Sequence record: PQ330092.1
Reading direction: 5' to 3' (one strand)
DNA: 64,000 nucleotides
Every line of letters starts with the position of its first letter. Position 1 is the stretch's first letter. Below the pieces are notes generated by a model. The model was given only the letters and a program-made list of their open reading frames with translations, searched no databases and had not been told where the DNA came from. This document shows positions 39,304-48,277 of the stretch, one piece after another. A program made the position numbers and the translations under genes.

Positions 39304-39654
39304 ATGTTAACTGTATACAAATTTAACAAAGAAGAGTACTTAAAGAGTCAGTACTCAAATATAGAAATAAATGTTCCTTATGGTACGTTAGTTGGATATG
39401 ATGAAGCCACTGAAACATTGTATTATAATGATGATAGATTGGATTATAGTTTAGATTCATTCATTGAAGATATACTTAATACACATACTGAAGATATGTT
39501 GTATGAAGAATACATAGACCATTATAGAGAACGTATGTCGGTGCTGCATTCTGATGCTCCTGTACTAAACATAGCACAAGAACCATCGGAATTTCAGCCA
39601 CATAATCCTTTTCAACGTTTAATTGATATTGGTTTAAAATTCACTATTAGTTGA
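39304..39654 (+). CDS. Hypothetical protein
   Basis: GGAG RBS fits ATG 39304; 116 aa. Confidence 0.6.
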   Translation: MLTVYKFNKEEYLKSQYSNIEINVPYGTLVGYDEATETLYYNDDRLDYSLDSFIEDILNTHTEDMLYEEYIDHYRERMSVLHSDAPVLNIAQEPSEFQPHNPFQRLIDIGLKFTIS

Positions 39655-39657
39655 TAG

Positions 39658-39686
39658 ATAAATATCTCCATATTAATGATGGAGAT
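39658..39686 (+). promoter_or_regulatory. Late promoter plus RBS-occluding hairpin
   Basis: ATAAATA 39658-39664; ATCTCCAT (39664-39671) pairs with ATGGAGAT (39679-39686), which contains the GGAG. Confidence 0.7.
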
Positions 39687-39693
39687 TGAATCT

Positions 39694-40002
39694 ATGTCAC
39701 AGATATGTTATGTTATAATAAACTCTGCATGGCCTGACTATGTTAAGATTGGTTTCACTTCTAAATCTGAAATGACAGAGCGTTTGAGAACGTATCAGAC
39801 AGCTACCCCGTTTCGTGATTTTGAAGTTTATCATGAAGTTCACTTTGAAGACGCACGTTTAGCTGAAAAAGAGATACATAAAAGGCTTAAACAAATGAAT
39901 GCAACTAGACAACCAAACACAGAGTGGTTTAAAATGTCTAAAAAGATAGCAGCAAACATCATTGATTCTGTGTGGGATGATATGGATAACGACTTGCTAT
40001 AG
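39694..40002 (+). CDS. T5orf172/MUG113-type GIY-YIG nuclease domain protein
   Basis: CYVI.....YVKIGFT....ERLRTYQT..P...AEKEIH..L....EWF. Confidence 0.8.
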   Translation: MSQICYVIINSAWPDYVKIGFTSKSEMTERLRTYQTATPFRDFEVYHEVHFEDARLAEKEIHKRLKQMNATRQPNTEWFKMSKKIAANIIDSVWDDMDNDLL

Positions 40003-40004
40003 GA

Positions 40005-40011
40005 ATAAATA
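40005..40011 (+). promoter_or_regulatory. Late promoter for tail fibre
   Basis: ATAAATA. Confidence 0.65.
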
Positions 40012-40042
40012 TAGTATATATTAATCATAAAGGGATTTATAC

Positions 40043-41653
40043 ATGAGCATAAGTTTTAATAACCCATTGGATACAATGACCAGTACTGGTGCTAATGGAT
40101 CTTTAGAACTAATAGTGCTTGGTGGTACACCAACTAACCCAAGACCTATTCGTTTTAATTCGTCATCAGTTATTATACCAGTACAAACGTTACCTACTGG
40201 TGAACAAGGTGCAATGGTTTTTGATCGAAGCGAATTAGTTTTGAAGTATCATAACGGTACAAGTTGGATTGCAGTATATGATACTGATACTATTTTGGAA
40301 CCAATTAGAATTTCATTAGATGAAGTAAACAGAAAATTAAATTTAAAAGTAGAAAGTGTAACATACAGTAGCAGTACTGTTCCTAGTGCAAGTATTAGTG
40401 GAACAAACTTAAACATTGTATTCCCTACTGCTTCTAGTGGTGGTTCTGGACCAACTGGTCTTTACACTTCACTTAAACCTGGTGCTATTACACAATATTC
40501 ATTGACTTCTGGTCAATCTGTTGCTAGTATACGTGAACAAATGTCAGGGCAATCGAATGGACAAAGTGGACGAAACGGTTCACAAGGTGCTCCGTGGAAA
40601 ACGTCTGACGGTTGGTGTTTTGCTGATGGTATGTGGTGGCAATGGGAGGGGGAAAATGGTACAATTACCAAACAAGTACCAAACCTTAACCAAAACGCGT
40701 ATTTAAAAGGTATAACAACATCAGGTGTAACTAAAACTGATAGTGTTATTGGTAGTAGTGGTAACATTAGTGGAACTGTATTGAGTGTTGCCCAGTTACC
40801 ATCACACTCATTTAGTTTTAGTGGAACCACTGGTGCTGCTGGTCGTCATGGTCATAGTCAAGCACTAAAAGGTATGGACCGTAGTGGTCTAAATGCGTTA
40901 ACTTCAAGTAATGATAACGGTATACCAACTGTAATCAATAACATTAACGAAGCACCAGACCACATTCACTCATTTAGTGGAAACACTAACACACTTGGTG
41001 GAAACCAACCACACTATCATGGTATTAGCAACATTGATGTGGAACACTTTAACGTTGCATACCTATATAACATTGCTGAATCTAACGTCGCATTGAGTGA
41101 AAAAGTTGCAAACACTCGTTATGTACTAAAAACTGGTGATACAATGACTGGTTCATTGACTATTGCAAACAGTGCGTCAATTAAGTCAAATGATACATCA
41201 TTAGTTCTATATTTCCGTAACGCAAGCGGTGGTGAGCGTGCGGCAGTGTATCATAACTCTTCAAATAATACATTGAGATTACGTTCCGGTGGAGCAGAAG
41301 TTACTGTAAACTCTTCTGGTACTTTAGCTGCTCCATCATTAACTGTTTCTAACAACTCAGCTACTGTTGGTGGTAAAAATATTGTTCGTTCAATTAACGG
41401 TACTGCTGCTGATGCTAGTGGCAACGTTACTTTGCAAATTAGTACTAATAACGTACAAAGTATTCGTTTGAGTGCACGTATTGAAACAAGTAAAATACCT
41501 GATTCTTCATGGACATATACACCAGAAGGTGCATTTATGGATGGCGTATGGATTTCTGTTAATGGTAGTTCAGGCACTCACTTAGAACGAATTAGTTATC
41601 GCTATGTTCAAATGCAAATAAATGGTAACTGGGAAACAGTACGTCAACAATAA
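40043..41653 (+). CDS. Tail fibre protein
   Basis: Collar-like segment (GWCFADG...VPNL), HxH metal-binding repeats (RHGH, DHIH, PHYH), C-terminal YRYVQMQINGNWETV. Confidence 0.8.
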   Translation: MSISFNNPLDTMTSTGANGSLELIVLGGTPTNPRPIRFNSSSVIIPVQTLPTGEQGAMVFDRSELVLKYHNGTSWIAVYDTDTILEPIRISLDEVNRKLNLKVESVTYSSSTVPSASISGTNLNIVFPTASSGGSGPTGLYTSLKPGAITQYSLTSGQSVASIREQMSGQSNGQSGRNGSQGAPWKTSDGWCFADGMWWQWEGENGTITKQVPNLNQNAYLKGITTSGVTKTDSVIGSSGNISGTVLSVAQLPSHSFSFSGTTGAAGRHGHSQALKGMDRSGLNALTSSNDNGIPTVINNINEAPDHIHSFSGNTNTLGGNQPHYHGISNIDVEHFNVAYLYNIAESNVALSEKVANTRYVLKTGDTMTGSLTIANSASIKSNDTSLVLYFRNASGGERAAVYHNSSNNTLRLRSGGAEVTVNSSGTLAAPSLTVSNNSATVGGKNIVRSINGTAADASGNVTLQISTNNVQSIRLSARIETSKIPDSSWTYTPEGAFMDGVWISVNGSSGTHLERISYRYVQMQINGNWETVRQQ

Positions 41654-41663
41654 GGAATGTGTA

Positions 41664-42179
41664 ATGCAACTAACAAATTTTAAGATGTATGAAAAAGAAG
41701 GTGGTAATCCTAATTCTTTGTATATGATGTCCGATGAAGGTATGGATTGGTATGAATCTCGTGAATTGTTTGACATTAATAAAGCAAAATTTATGTATGA
41801 TATTAACGGTTTAATTGTTTCAGCATCATATAACATTTATGATCTAGTACCTTTAGGTTTTAGTGTTTCTGAAATTGAATATGATGGTGATATTAACAAA
41901 CTTTATGGTATGGTTTACGATGGAAATACTATTCATGACTATATTGAAACTAAAGAAGAAAAAATTGAACGCCTAAAAAATGAATTATCTAATTTGAAAT
42001 ACATTGCAATTCAAGAACTTGGACACTTAAAAACTGCTATGGATCTTGAGTTAGCAACTGATGAAGAAGCTGTATTGTTTGTAAAATTGAAAGATTATGT
42101 AACGCAATTGAATTCAATCAAACCAGCAGACATGATTAAGAAAACATTTTCATTTCCAGTTAAACCGGAAAAAAAATGA
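41664..42179 (+). CDS. Tail fibre assembly chaperone (Tfa-like)
   Basis: SDEGMDWYES..., AMDLELATDEE...YVTQLNSI; directly follows fibre; AAGGA RBS fits ATG 41664. Confidence 0.8.
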   Translation: MQLTNFKMYEKEGGNPNSLYMMSDEGMDWYESRELFDINKAKFMYDINGLIVSASYNIYDLVPLGFSVSEIEYDGDINKLYGMVYDGNTIHDYIETKEEKIERLKNELSNLKYIAIQELGHLKTAMDLELATDEEAVLFVKLKDYVTQLNSIKPADMIKKTFSFPVKPEKK

Positions 42180-42205
42180 GACAACACGTAAAGACGTGAT
42201 ACAAT
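42177..42205 (+). promoter_or_regulatory. Putative middle-class promoter (dsbA-like, DNA polymerase)
   Basis: TGAGACA-N16-TACAAT with extended -10 TG. Confidence 0.7.
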
Positions 42206-42208
42206 TAA

Positions 42209-42244
42209 GTCATCTCACCGATTGTGGTGAGGTGACATTTTTTT
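42209..42244 (+). terminator. Terminator-like hairpin
   Basis: 11-bp stem GTCATCTCACC/GGTGAGGTGAC followed by A-T7. Confidence 0.65.
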
Positions 42245-42269
42245 GAAAACACACATGGAGAAATACAAA

Positions 42270-42572
42270 ATGGCTAAATCTAAAAAAGAAGTTAAAGTTG
42301 AAATTCGTGATCTAAACGATGAACAACGTAAACGTCTCGGTGACGCACTTAACAACATTGTTGTACAACTAACTTTCATTGATGATACCAAAGCATCCTT
42401 ATCTGATTTTGTTTCTAGTGTTTCTGATGAACTTGGTATCGATGCATCTGATATCAAACAAGCTGCACAACGTATGTACAAAGGTGATTACTTTGACAAA
42501 CAAAATAAACTCGATAATATCGAAACTATTCTTAGTGTTACTAATAATCTTCCACAAGCAGATGATTACTAA
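42270..42572 (+). CDS. dsbA: DsbA-like double-stranded DNA-binding protein
   Basis: 100 aa; ELGIDASDIKQAAQRMYK resembles T4 DsbA ELGVDGK...LYHK; GGAG RBS fits ATG 42270. Confidence 0.55.
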   Translation: MAKSKKEVKVEIRDLNDEQRKRLGDALNNIVVQLTFIDDTKASLSDFVSSVSDELGIDASDIKQAAQRMYKGDYFDKQNKLDNIETILSVTNNLPQADDY

Positions 42573-42594
42573 TTAGTACTAAAATATATTAAAT

Positions 42595-42622
42595 AGCCTC
42601 CAATGACGGAGGCTTTCTTTTT
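42595..42622 (+). terminator. Intrinsic terminator
   Basis: AGCCTCC-AATGAC-GGAGGCT-TTCTTTTT. Confidence 0.75.
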
Positions 42623-42651
42623 AACTTAATAAACGTAAGGGAATACAAACG

Positions 42652-45600
42652 ATGTATATCGATGCTTATATGGAACGTAAACGTACTGGTGATATTCTTC
42701 ATGTAGTTGAACGTAAGAATGGTAAACGTATTCTACGCGAATTAGATCCAGTATATGAATATTATGTTGAATCCCCACAAGGAACACATAAAACTGTTTA
42801 TGGTACAATGGCTAAACATTTTGAGTTTCAAACTCAAGCTCAAATGAATAAAAGTGTAGAGCAACACAAAAGTGAAGGTCTACGTATTTTTGAAAGTGAT
42901 TGTAACATTACATTTAAAACATTAGCTAAAGAATATATGGGAAAAGGTTCACCCGATTTGAACATCGTGTTCTTCGATATCGAGACTGATTTCCATAAGA
43001 AATTTGGTTATGCTCCACCATCAGACCCGTTTAACCGAGTAACCGCTATTTCTCTATATCAATCATGGACTGGAAAGGATTATGTACTTACTTTACCACC
43101 TGCTGATATGGAAATTTATGAAGCACAAGATATTGTTCGCCAACTAAATGAAGAAACAAACGATCCTAACAGTACTGTAATTTTATATACAGACGAAAAG
43201 GAAATGTTTATGGAATTCTTTAGTTTAATTGATGATTCTGATGTTATTTCAGGATGGAATAGTGAATTCTTTGATATTCCATATATGATCAATCGAACTA
43301 AAAAAATCTTCAATGAAGCAACAACTGCTCGTTGGTGTTTATGGAATAAAAAACCAAATTCACGTGAAGCAGACAACTTTGGTAAAACTGTTCAAACATA
43401 TGATCTGGTAGGTCGCGTCCATCTTGATTATTTGGCTTTGTATAAGAAACATGCTGGTCAAGTTGAACAATCTTATAAACTAGATTATATTGCTGAAAAA
43501 GTAACTAAAGAAAATAAAGTATCCTATGAAGGTTCATTGGATAAACTTTACAGAGAGGATTACATTACTTTCTTGCGTTATTCTAAACAGGATAGTATTC
43601 TTCTTAAAAAGATTGATGCTAAATGTGACTATATCAACCTACACAATCGACTTGCACACAAAGAATGTGTACTTATCAGTACAACAATGGGTTCAGTAGC
43701 ACTAATCGACACTGCTATTATCAACTTAGCACATACTCGTGGTGAAGTTGTTTTCAACAAAGCACCGAAAGATGATCTTGAGTTTGATCCAGAAATGGAA
43801 TATTATGGTGAAGATGGTGAAGAAGAAGATGAGAAAATTAGTGCAAAAGCAGCAGGTGCATGGGTACAAGATCCAGTACTAGGACTTGTAAGTGACCTTG
43901 GGTGTACTGACTTTAACTCTCTTTACCCTACTGTTCTACGTACTTTGGGTATGAGTACTGAATGTATTCTTGGTCAATTACGTCAAGATTACACCGATGC
44001 GTATCTTGCAGCTAAAATCCAAGAACAGAAGAACAAATCTAAATCTAAATCATTTGAACCAGATTGGACTGCGGCATGGCATGGTTTATTTGCTGCTGTT
44101 GAATTTACAATGGTTCATGAAAAGTCAGAAGAAACATTGATTGTTGATTTAGAAGATGGGAGTTCTTTTAAAGCAACGGGCAAAGAGCTATATGATATTA
44201 TTTTTGCAGAAGATAGTACTATTGTACTTAGTGCAAACGGAACACTTTTTGATAAGTCTAAGTCTGGTGTAATTCCTGACATTCTAACTCAATGGTATTC
44301 TGAACGTAAAGCACAGCAAAAAATGGTCATTGACTACAAACATATGTATACTGATGGTTGGGAGTTTAATGGCTATGAAAAAGTTGAACCACTACTATCA
44401 AACTATACCCCTGGTACAATGTTTAGAACTAATATTCATGATAATGATCCTGTATACTTACTTCGTAAAGAAATTGGTAAAGGACAGTGGGATGAAGTTG
44501 CTAAGTTGATTGTAGAAAACGGATTAGTACTAAAAGATGGTCGTATTTTCTGTCCTAAAGAAGAAAAAGATTACTTCAAACAACGTAGTGCTTTTTGGAA
44601 ACAGAACCAACAGATTCGTAAGATTCTTCTAAACAGTCTATATGGTGCACTATTGAACAAAGGTTCTCGTTTCTTTGACAAACGTTTAGGTCAATCTGTA
44701 ACATTAACTGGACGTTCTATGACCAAACATATGGCAAGTCGTATCAATGAAATTACTACTGGTGTATATAACCACCAAGGTGGTTCAGTAATTTATGGTG
44801 ATACTGACTCAGTTTACTTTAGTGTAACTCATTATCTGAAAGAACAAGGTATTCCATATAATCTATCTAAAGAAGAGATTGTTGATATGTATATTAAAAT
44901 TGGTGAAGAAGTTGGTGAATCTTTCCCATCATTTATGCATGAGATGTTCAACACTGGTATTGAAAAAGGTAAGATTGTTGGTGCAGACCTTGAGATGGTT
45001 GGTTCACGTGGCCTATTCTTGAAGAAAAAACGTTATGCAATTCTGAAGTACTGGGAAGATGGGTTCCGTAAAGATATTGATGGTAAACCAGGTGAAATCA
45101 AAGCGATGGGTCTTGAAATTAAACGCTCAGATACGCCAAAATACATCCAGAACTTCCTAGAAGAGACTCTAATCGCATTACTGGTAGGTGAGAGTGAACA
45201 ACAGCTAAAACAGCGTGTACGTGAGTTTAAGGACGTATTTAAGGATATGCCTGTACATGAAAAAGGTTCACCAAAAACTGTAAAAAACTACACTAATTTA
45301 GAGGCTGAATATCAGCTAACTGGTAAGTGTAAAGTTGGTCACGTTCTTGCTGGTATCCAATGGAACCGCCTACGTGAAGTTTATGATGATAAATCTGTAC
45401 CAGAAGTAACGGATGGAACAAAAGTAATTGTCTGTAACTTAAAAGATAATCCTATGGGAATTAAAGCTGTTGGTTATCCAATTGACTGTGTTGAGTATCT
45501 ACCAGAATGGTTCTTGGAACTACCATTTGATACTGAAAAAATGGAAGAGATTGTTCTAACTAAAAAATTAGAGAATATTTTTGGTATTTTGGATATGGAT

Positions 45601-45657
45601 ATTGGTATTCATGAAAAAAGTACTGCGTCAGTAAACAATGGATTCTTCACTTGGTAA
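42652..45657 (+). CDS. gp43: Family B DNA polymerase
   Basis: Exo DIETD and NSEFFDIPY; pol DFNSLYP, KILLNSLYG, YGDTDS, KKRYA. Confidence 0.96.
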   Translation: MYIDAYMERKRTGDILHVVERKNGKRILRELDPVYEYYVESPQGTHKTVYGTMAKHFEFQTQAQMNKSVEQHKSEGLRIFESDCNITFKTLAKEYMGKGSPDLNIVFFDIETDFHKKFGYAPPSDPFNRVTAISLYQSWTGKDYVLTLPPADMEIYEAQDIVRQLNEETNDPNSTVILYTDEKEMFMEFFSLIDDSDVISGWNSEFFDIPYMINRTKKIFNEATTARWCLWNKKPNSREADNFGKTVQTYDLVGRVHLDYLALYKKHAGQVEQSYKLDYIAEKVTKENKVSYEGSLDKLYREDYITFLRYSKQDSILLKKIDAKCDYINLHNRLAHKECVLISTTMGSVALIDTAIINLAHTRGEVVFNKAPKDDLEFDPEMEYYGEDGEEEDEKISAKAAGAWVQDPVLGLVSDLGCTDFNSLYPTVLRTLGMSTECILGQLRQDYTDAYLAAKIQEQKNKSKSKSFEPDWTAAWHGLFAAVEFTMVHEKSEETLIVDLEDGSSFKATGKELYDIIFAEDSTIVLSANGTLFDKSKSGVIPDILTQWYSERKAQQKMVIDYKHMYTDGWEFNGYEKVEPLLSNYTPGTMFRTNIHDNDPVYLLRKEIGKGQWDEVAKLIVENGLVLKDGRIFCPKEEKDYFKQRSAFWKQNQQIRKILLNSLYGALLNKGSRFFDKRLGQSVTLTGRSMTKHMASRINEITTGVYNHQGGSVIYGDTDSVYFSVTHYLKEQGIPYNLSKEEIVDMYIKIGEEVGESFPSFMHEMFNTGIEKGKIVGADLEMVGSRGLFLKKKRYAILKYWEDGFRKDIDGKPGEIKAMGLEIKRSDTPKYIQNFLEETLIALLVGESEQQLKQRVREFKDVFKDMPVHEKGSPKTVKNYTNLEAEYQLTGKCKVGHVLAGIQWNRLREVYDDKSVPEVTDGTKVIVCNLKDNPMGIKAVGYPIDCVEYLPEWFLELPFDTEKMEEIVLTKKLENIFGILDMDIGIHEKSTASVNNGFFTW

Positions 45658-45668
45658 GGAGTAATAAT

Positions 45669-45818
45669 ATGGTTATTGTAAATGAAATTGAACTAAACTA
45701 TGATGAAGTAAACGATACTTTCACTAATGAGATGTTGAATCTTACTGAAGAAAGTGTAAATGAGGCATGGGAAAAATATGTAGAATGGACTTCATTACAA
45801 GGTAAAAATAATGAGTAA
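45669..45818 (+). CDS. Small acidic hypothetical protein (49 aa, below the track cut-off)
   Basis: AAGGAG RBS, MVIVNEIELNYDEV...QGKNNE, overlaps next ATG. Confidence 0.6.
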   Translation: MVIVNEIELNYDEVNDTFTNEMLNLTEESVNEAWEKYVEWTSLQGKNNE

Positions 45819-46107
45819 TATATATAAGCGTATTGGTGAAGTATTAGAAGGTAATGGTATCATTAATTCTGTACTAGCATATGATAATGATGAAGAAGTA
45901 GTTCTAATTGGTGCGGGTTTTACTCGCACTGGTTCAGTGGAAGTTGACGGAGAGATTGCTGATGTTTACACTCTTGTGAAAAAGCGTAAAGTTGTTTTTG
46001 TCGATGATGTACATACATTAAAAGACTTGAAAAAATTACGCGATAAAATTGGCATGAGTTCTACAATTGATAAGCCTTATCTTCAACGTTGGAATACAAA
46101 ATACTGA
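45811..46107 (+). CDS. Hypothetical protein
   Basis: 98 aa, coupled to upstream ORF. Confidence 0.65.
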   Translation: MSNIYKRIGEVLEGNGIINSVLAYDNDEEVVLIGAGFTRTGSVEVDGEIADVYTLVKKRKVVFVDDVHTLKDLKKLRDKIGMSSTIDKPYLQRWNTKY

Positions 46108-46115
46108 TAAAAAAT

Positions 46116-46144
46116 TGAGACAAGCATCATTTTTGAGATATAAT
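46116..46144 (+). promoter_or_regulatory. Putative middle-class promoter (sliding clamp)
   Basis: TGAGACA-N16-TATAAT. Confidence 0.75.
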
Positions 46145-46208
46145 GGTGCTTGTAGTAATCTTACATAAAAACATTTTTTGATTAACAAATAAAACGGAGA
46201 ATTATATA

Positions 46209-46940
46209 ATGGATCTACGCAACGTACTACGTGACCTCGTAAACACAACCAGTGGTATTGACTTCTCTTGTATTGCAGTAAGCAGTGAAGACCGTGGTGA
46301 AGGACAACGTGTATATCTAGAAGCGTACACAGATGACCGAACTCTTGTAATGAGAGCATATACTAAAGAAGATGTTCCTGAAGTTCAGGGTCGTTTTGGC
46401 TTAGGTAATCTAGGTCTTCTTCAGGGTCTAATGTCTCTAAAAACATACAGTACCGAAGGAACCACAATCACATCAAATGTTAAAGATGGTTCAGTTAAAA
46501 GTCTGGCATTTAAATCTGAAGATGCAAGCACTACATTTATGGTACAAGCTGAAAAACTTATTCCAGTTCAACCACGTTTTCATGAACAACCATATGACGT
46601 ACAGGTTATTCCTAGTGCAGCAAAAGTTCAGGAACTAAAGAGTTTTTCTGGTGTATTTAAATCTTTTAGTTCTCTTGTAACTCCGTATACTGAAGGCGAC
46701 ACCCTATACTTTCACGTTGGTGAGAAAAACAAAAGTAACCACGTTGGTTCTCTAGCTTTTTCTAAAACTGAAGGTGAATTAGGTCTTGGTTTTGGTTATA
46801 ATATTGATCGCGTACTTCAAGCATTATCTCGCGTATCTAATGCCGAATCAGTATCACTTGGTATTACTAAAACTGGTATGCTAAATGTAACACTAGATAC
46901 TGGAATTGCAGTATACAAATTTTACGTAACAGGCTGCTAA
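46209..46940 (+). CDS. gp45: Probable sliding clamp, gp45-like
   Basis: 243 aa alternating beta/alpha; FGLGNLGLLQGLMSL resembles gp45 FGIYDLNGFLGIL; replication context. Confidence 0.6.
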   Translation: MDLRNVLRDLVNTTSGIDFSCIAVSSEDRGEGQRVYLEAYTDDRTLVMRAYTKEDVPEVQGRFGLGNLGLLQGLMSLKTYSTEGTTITSNVKDGSVKSLAFKSEDASTTFMVQAEKLIPVQPRFHEQPYDVQVIPSAAKVQELKSFSGVFKSFSSLVTPYTEGDTLYFHVGEKNKSNHVGSLAFSKTEGELGLGFGYNIDRVLQALSRVSNAESVSLGITKTGMLNVTLDTGIAVYKFYVTGC

Positions 46941-46948
46941 TATAAATA
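46941..46948 (+). promoter_or_regulatory. Late promoter
   Basis: TATAAATA followed by hairpin GGGGAACA-CTA-TGTTCCCC (46951-46969). Confidence 0.7.
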
Positions 46949-47004
46949 ACGGGGAACACTATGTTCCCCAAATTAGTTTGATTTAAAAAGTAAAGGAATA
47001 CAAA

Positions 47005-47211
47005 ATGCCATTATATACATATCGTTGTGAAAAAGAAGAATGCAAACATAGCATGGAAAAAATTGTTAAAATTGCAAATCGTGATGAACCTCATGATTGT
47101 CCTAAATGTAATGGTGAAAAAACTATGAAGTTGGAAGTGTTCACTCCAGGTGATAAGGGTGCTAATCTTTATTTCCGTGGAAAATGGTTTGCAAATACTG
47201 GAGGTTACTGA
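47005..47211 (+). CDS. FmdB-family zinc-ribbon protein
   Basis: MPLYTYRC...C...CPKC...F.GKWF. Confidence 0.8.
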   Translation: MPLYTYRCEKEECKHSMEKIVKIANRDEPHDCPKCNGEKTMKLEVFTPGDKGANLYFRGKWFANTGGY

Positions 47212-47212
47212 T

Positions 47213-47512
47213 ATGAAAATTAAAATGATTAATGATTACGTTCTTGTTCGACAAATTGAAGCACAGAATAAAAGTACTGGTGGTATTATTCTAGGTAATG
47301 TTGAACCACCATGTATTGGGATGGTAATTTCCGTTGGTCCAGGTAAAATTCTTCCGAACGGACAACTTGCAGAACATAATATTAAAGAAGGTGATATGGT
47401 TGTGTTTGGTCGTTCATCTTTGAACACACCACTGACTGAAGATCTTGGTGGCGGCGAAGATACATATTATGTAATGAAAATCGAAGAGATTTTTGGTAAG
47501 AAAAATGGCTAA
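47213..47512 (+). CDS. groES: GroES-like co-chaperonin
   Basis: DYVLVR...KSTGGIIL...GMVISVGPGK...IKEGDMVVFG; GGAGG RBS fits ATG 47213. Confidence 0.9.
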   Translation: MKIKMINDYVLVRQIEAQNKSTGGIILGNVEPPCIGMVISVGPGKILPNGQLAEHNIKEGDMVVFGRSSLNTPLTEDLGGGEDTYYVMKIEEIFGKKNG

Positions 47513-48230
47513 AAAGAAATTTATTCCATTTTGGATGGTCCCTGCTCACTGGGGACTTTCTGGAAAGGCAAAAGAGATAGCTAAAGCATACTACTACAAT
47601 GATGATTATGAAGCTGATATGAAAGTTGCTGAATTGACATATCTAACTCCATATGAAGTTGAAGTGGCCCAATTGGATATTAAAAAGAAATATAGCGTAA
47701 TTGGAGATTTGGAATATCTAATTGCTGTACTTGATGTTGAACTAAAATATTCTAAAATTACTCGTGAACAGTATGATGTTAAAGTTCTTGATGCAAAACT
47801 AAGTATTGGAGTTATTACAGAAAAAGAATATGATATGGAAATCATTGAGTTAATGCCAGAAGGTGATGAAAAAAGGCTTAAGGCTATTGAATTTGCATAT
47901 CGTTACGATGAAATCACACAAAGTGAATATTCTAAGGAAATATACACACTTCGTAAAGAACCTTGGATTGATTTGGATGTTGTTCTTGATCCTGAAACTA
48001 ATGAAGTTGAGTTTGTATTTGACTATAATGAATATTTCTGGAAAAAGTTGAAAGCTGAAGGTCATCCAGGAAATGATGAAGAAGAAATTATCGATAACTT
48101 TGTGAGAGACTTGGGGCGTAAACTTGCTACGGATGATTTCAGTGATGATTACGACACAAAGCTGGTGAGTGCGAACGAAGGATTAGACAAGCTACCTGGT
48201 TTGCCTGAAGGATTTCGTTCATATAGATAA
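47505..48230 (+). CDS. Acidic hypothetical protein
   Basis: 241 aa, overlaps groES stop. Confidence 0.7.
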   Translation: MAKKKFIPFWMVPAHWGLSGKAKEIAKAYYYNDDYEADMKVAELTYLTPYEVEVAQLDIKKKYSVIGDLEYLIAVLDVELKYSKITREQYDVKVLDAKLSIGVITEKEYDMEIIELMPEGDEKRLKAIEFAYRYDEITQSEYSKEIYTLRKEPWIDLDVVLDPETNEVEFVFDYNEYFWKKLKAEGHPGNDEEEIIDNFVRDLGRKLATDDFSDDYDTKLVSANEGLDKLPGLPEGFRSYR

Positions 48231-48235
48231 CATAT

Positions 48236-48269
48236 AAAAAAAGGAGAGCAAATGCTCTCCTTTTCTTTT
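48236..48269. terminator. Bidirectional terminator
   Basis: AAAAGGAGAGC-AAAT-GCTCTCCTTTT between convergent genes. Confidence 0.85.
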
Positions 48270-48277
48270 GAAAAATA

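Noticed and set aside
44300-44620. ~90-aa insert in the DNA polymerase fingers as an intein or split point
   Set aside because: No Cys/Ser start, HN end or LAGLIDADG motif; T4-family gp43 fingers are normally extended here
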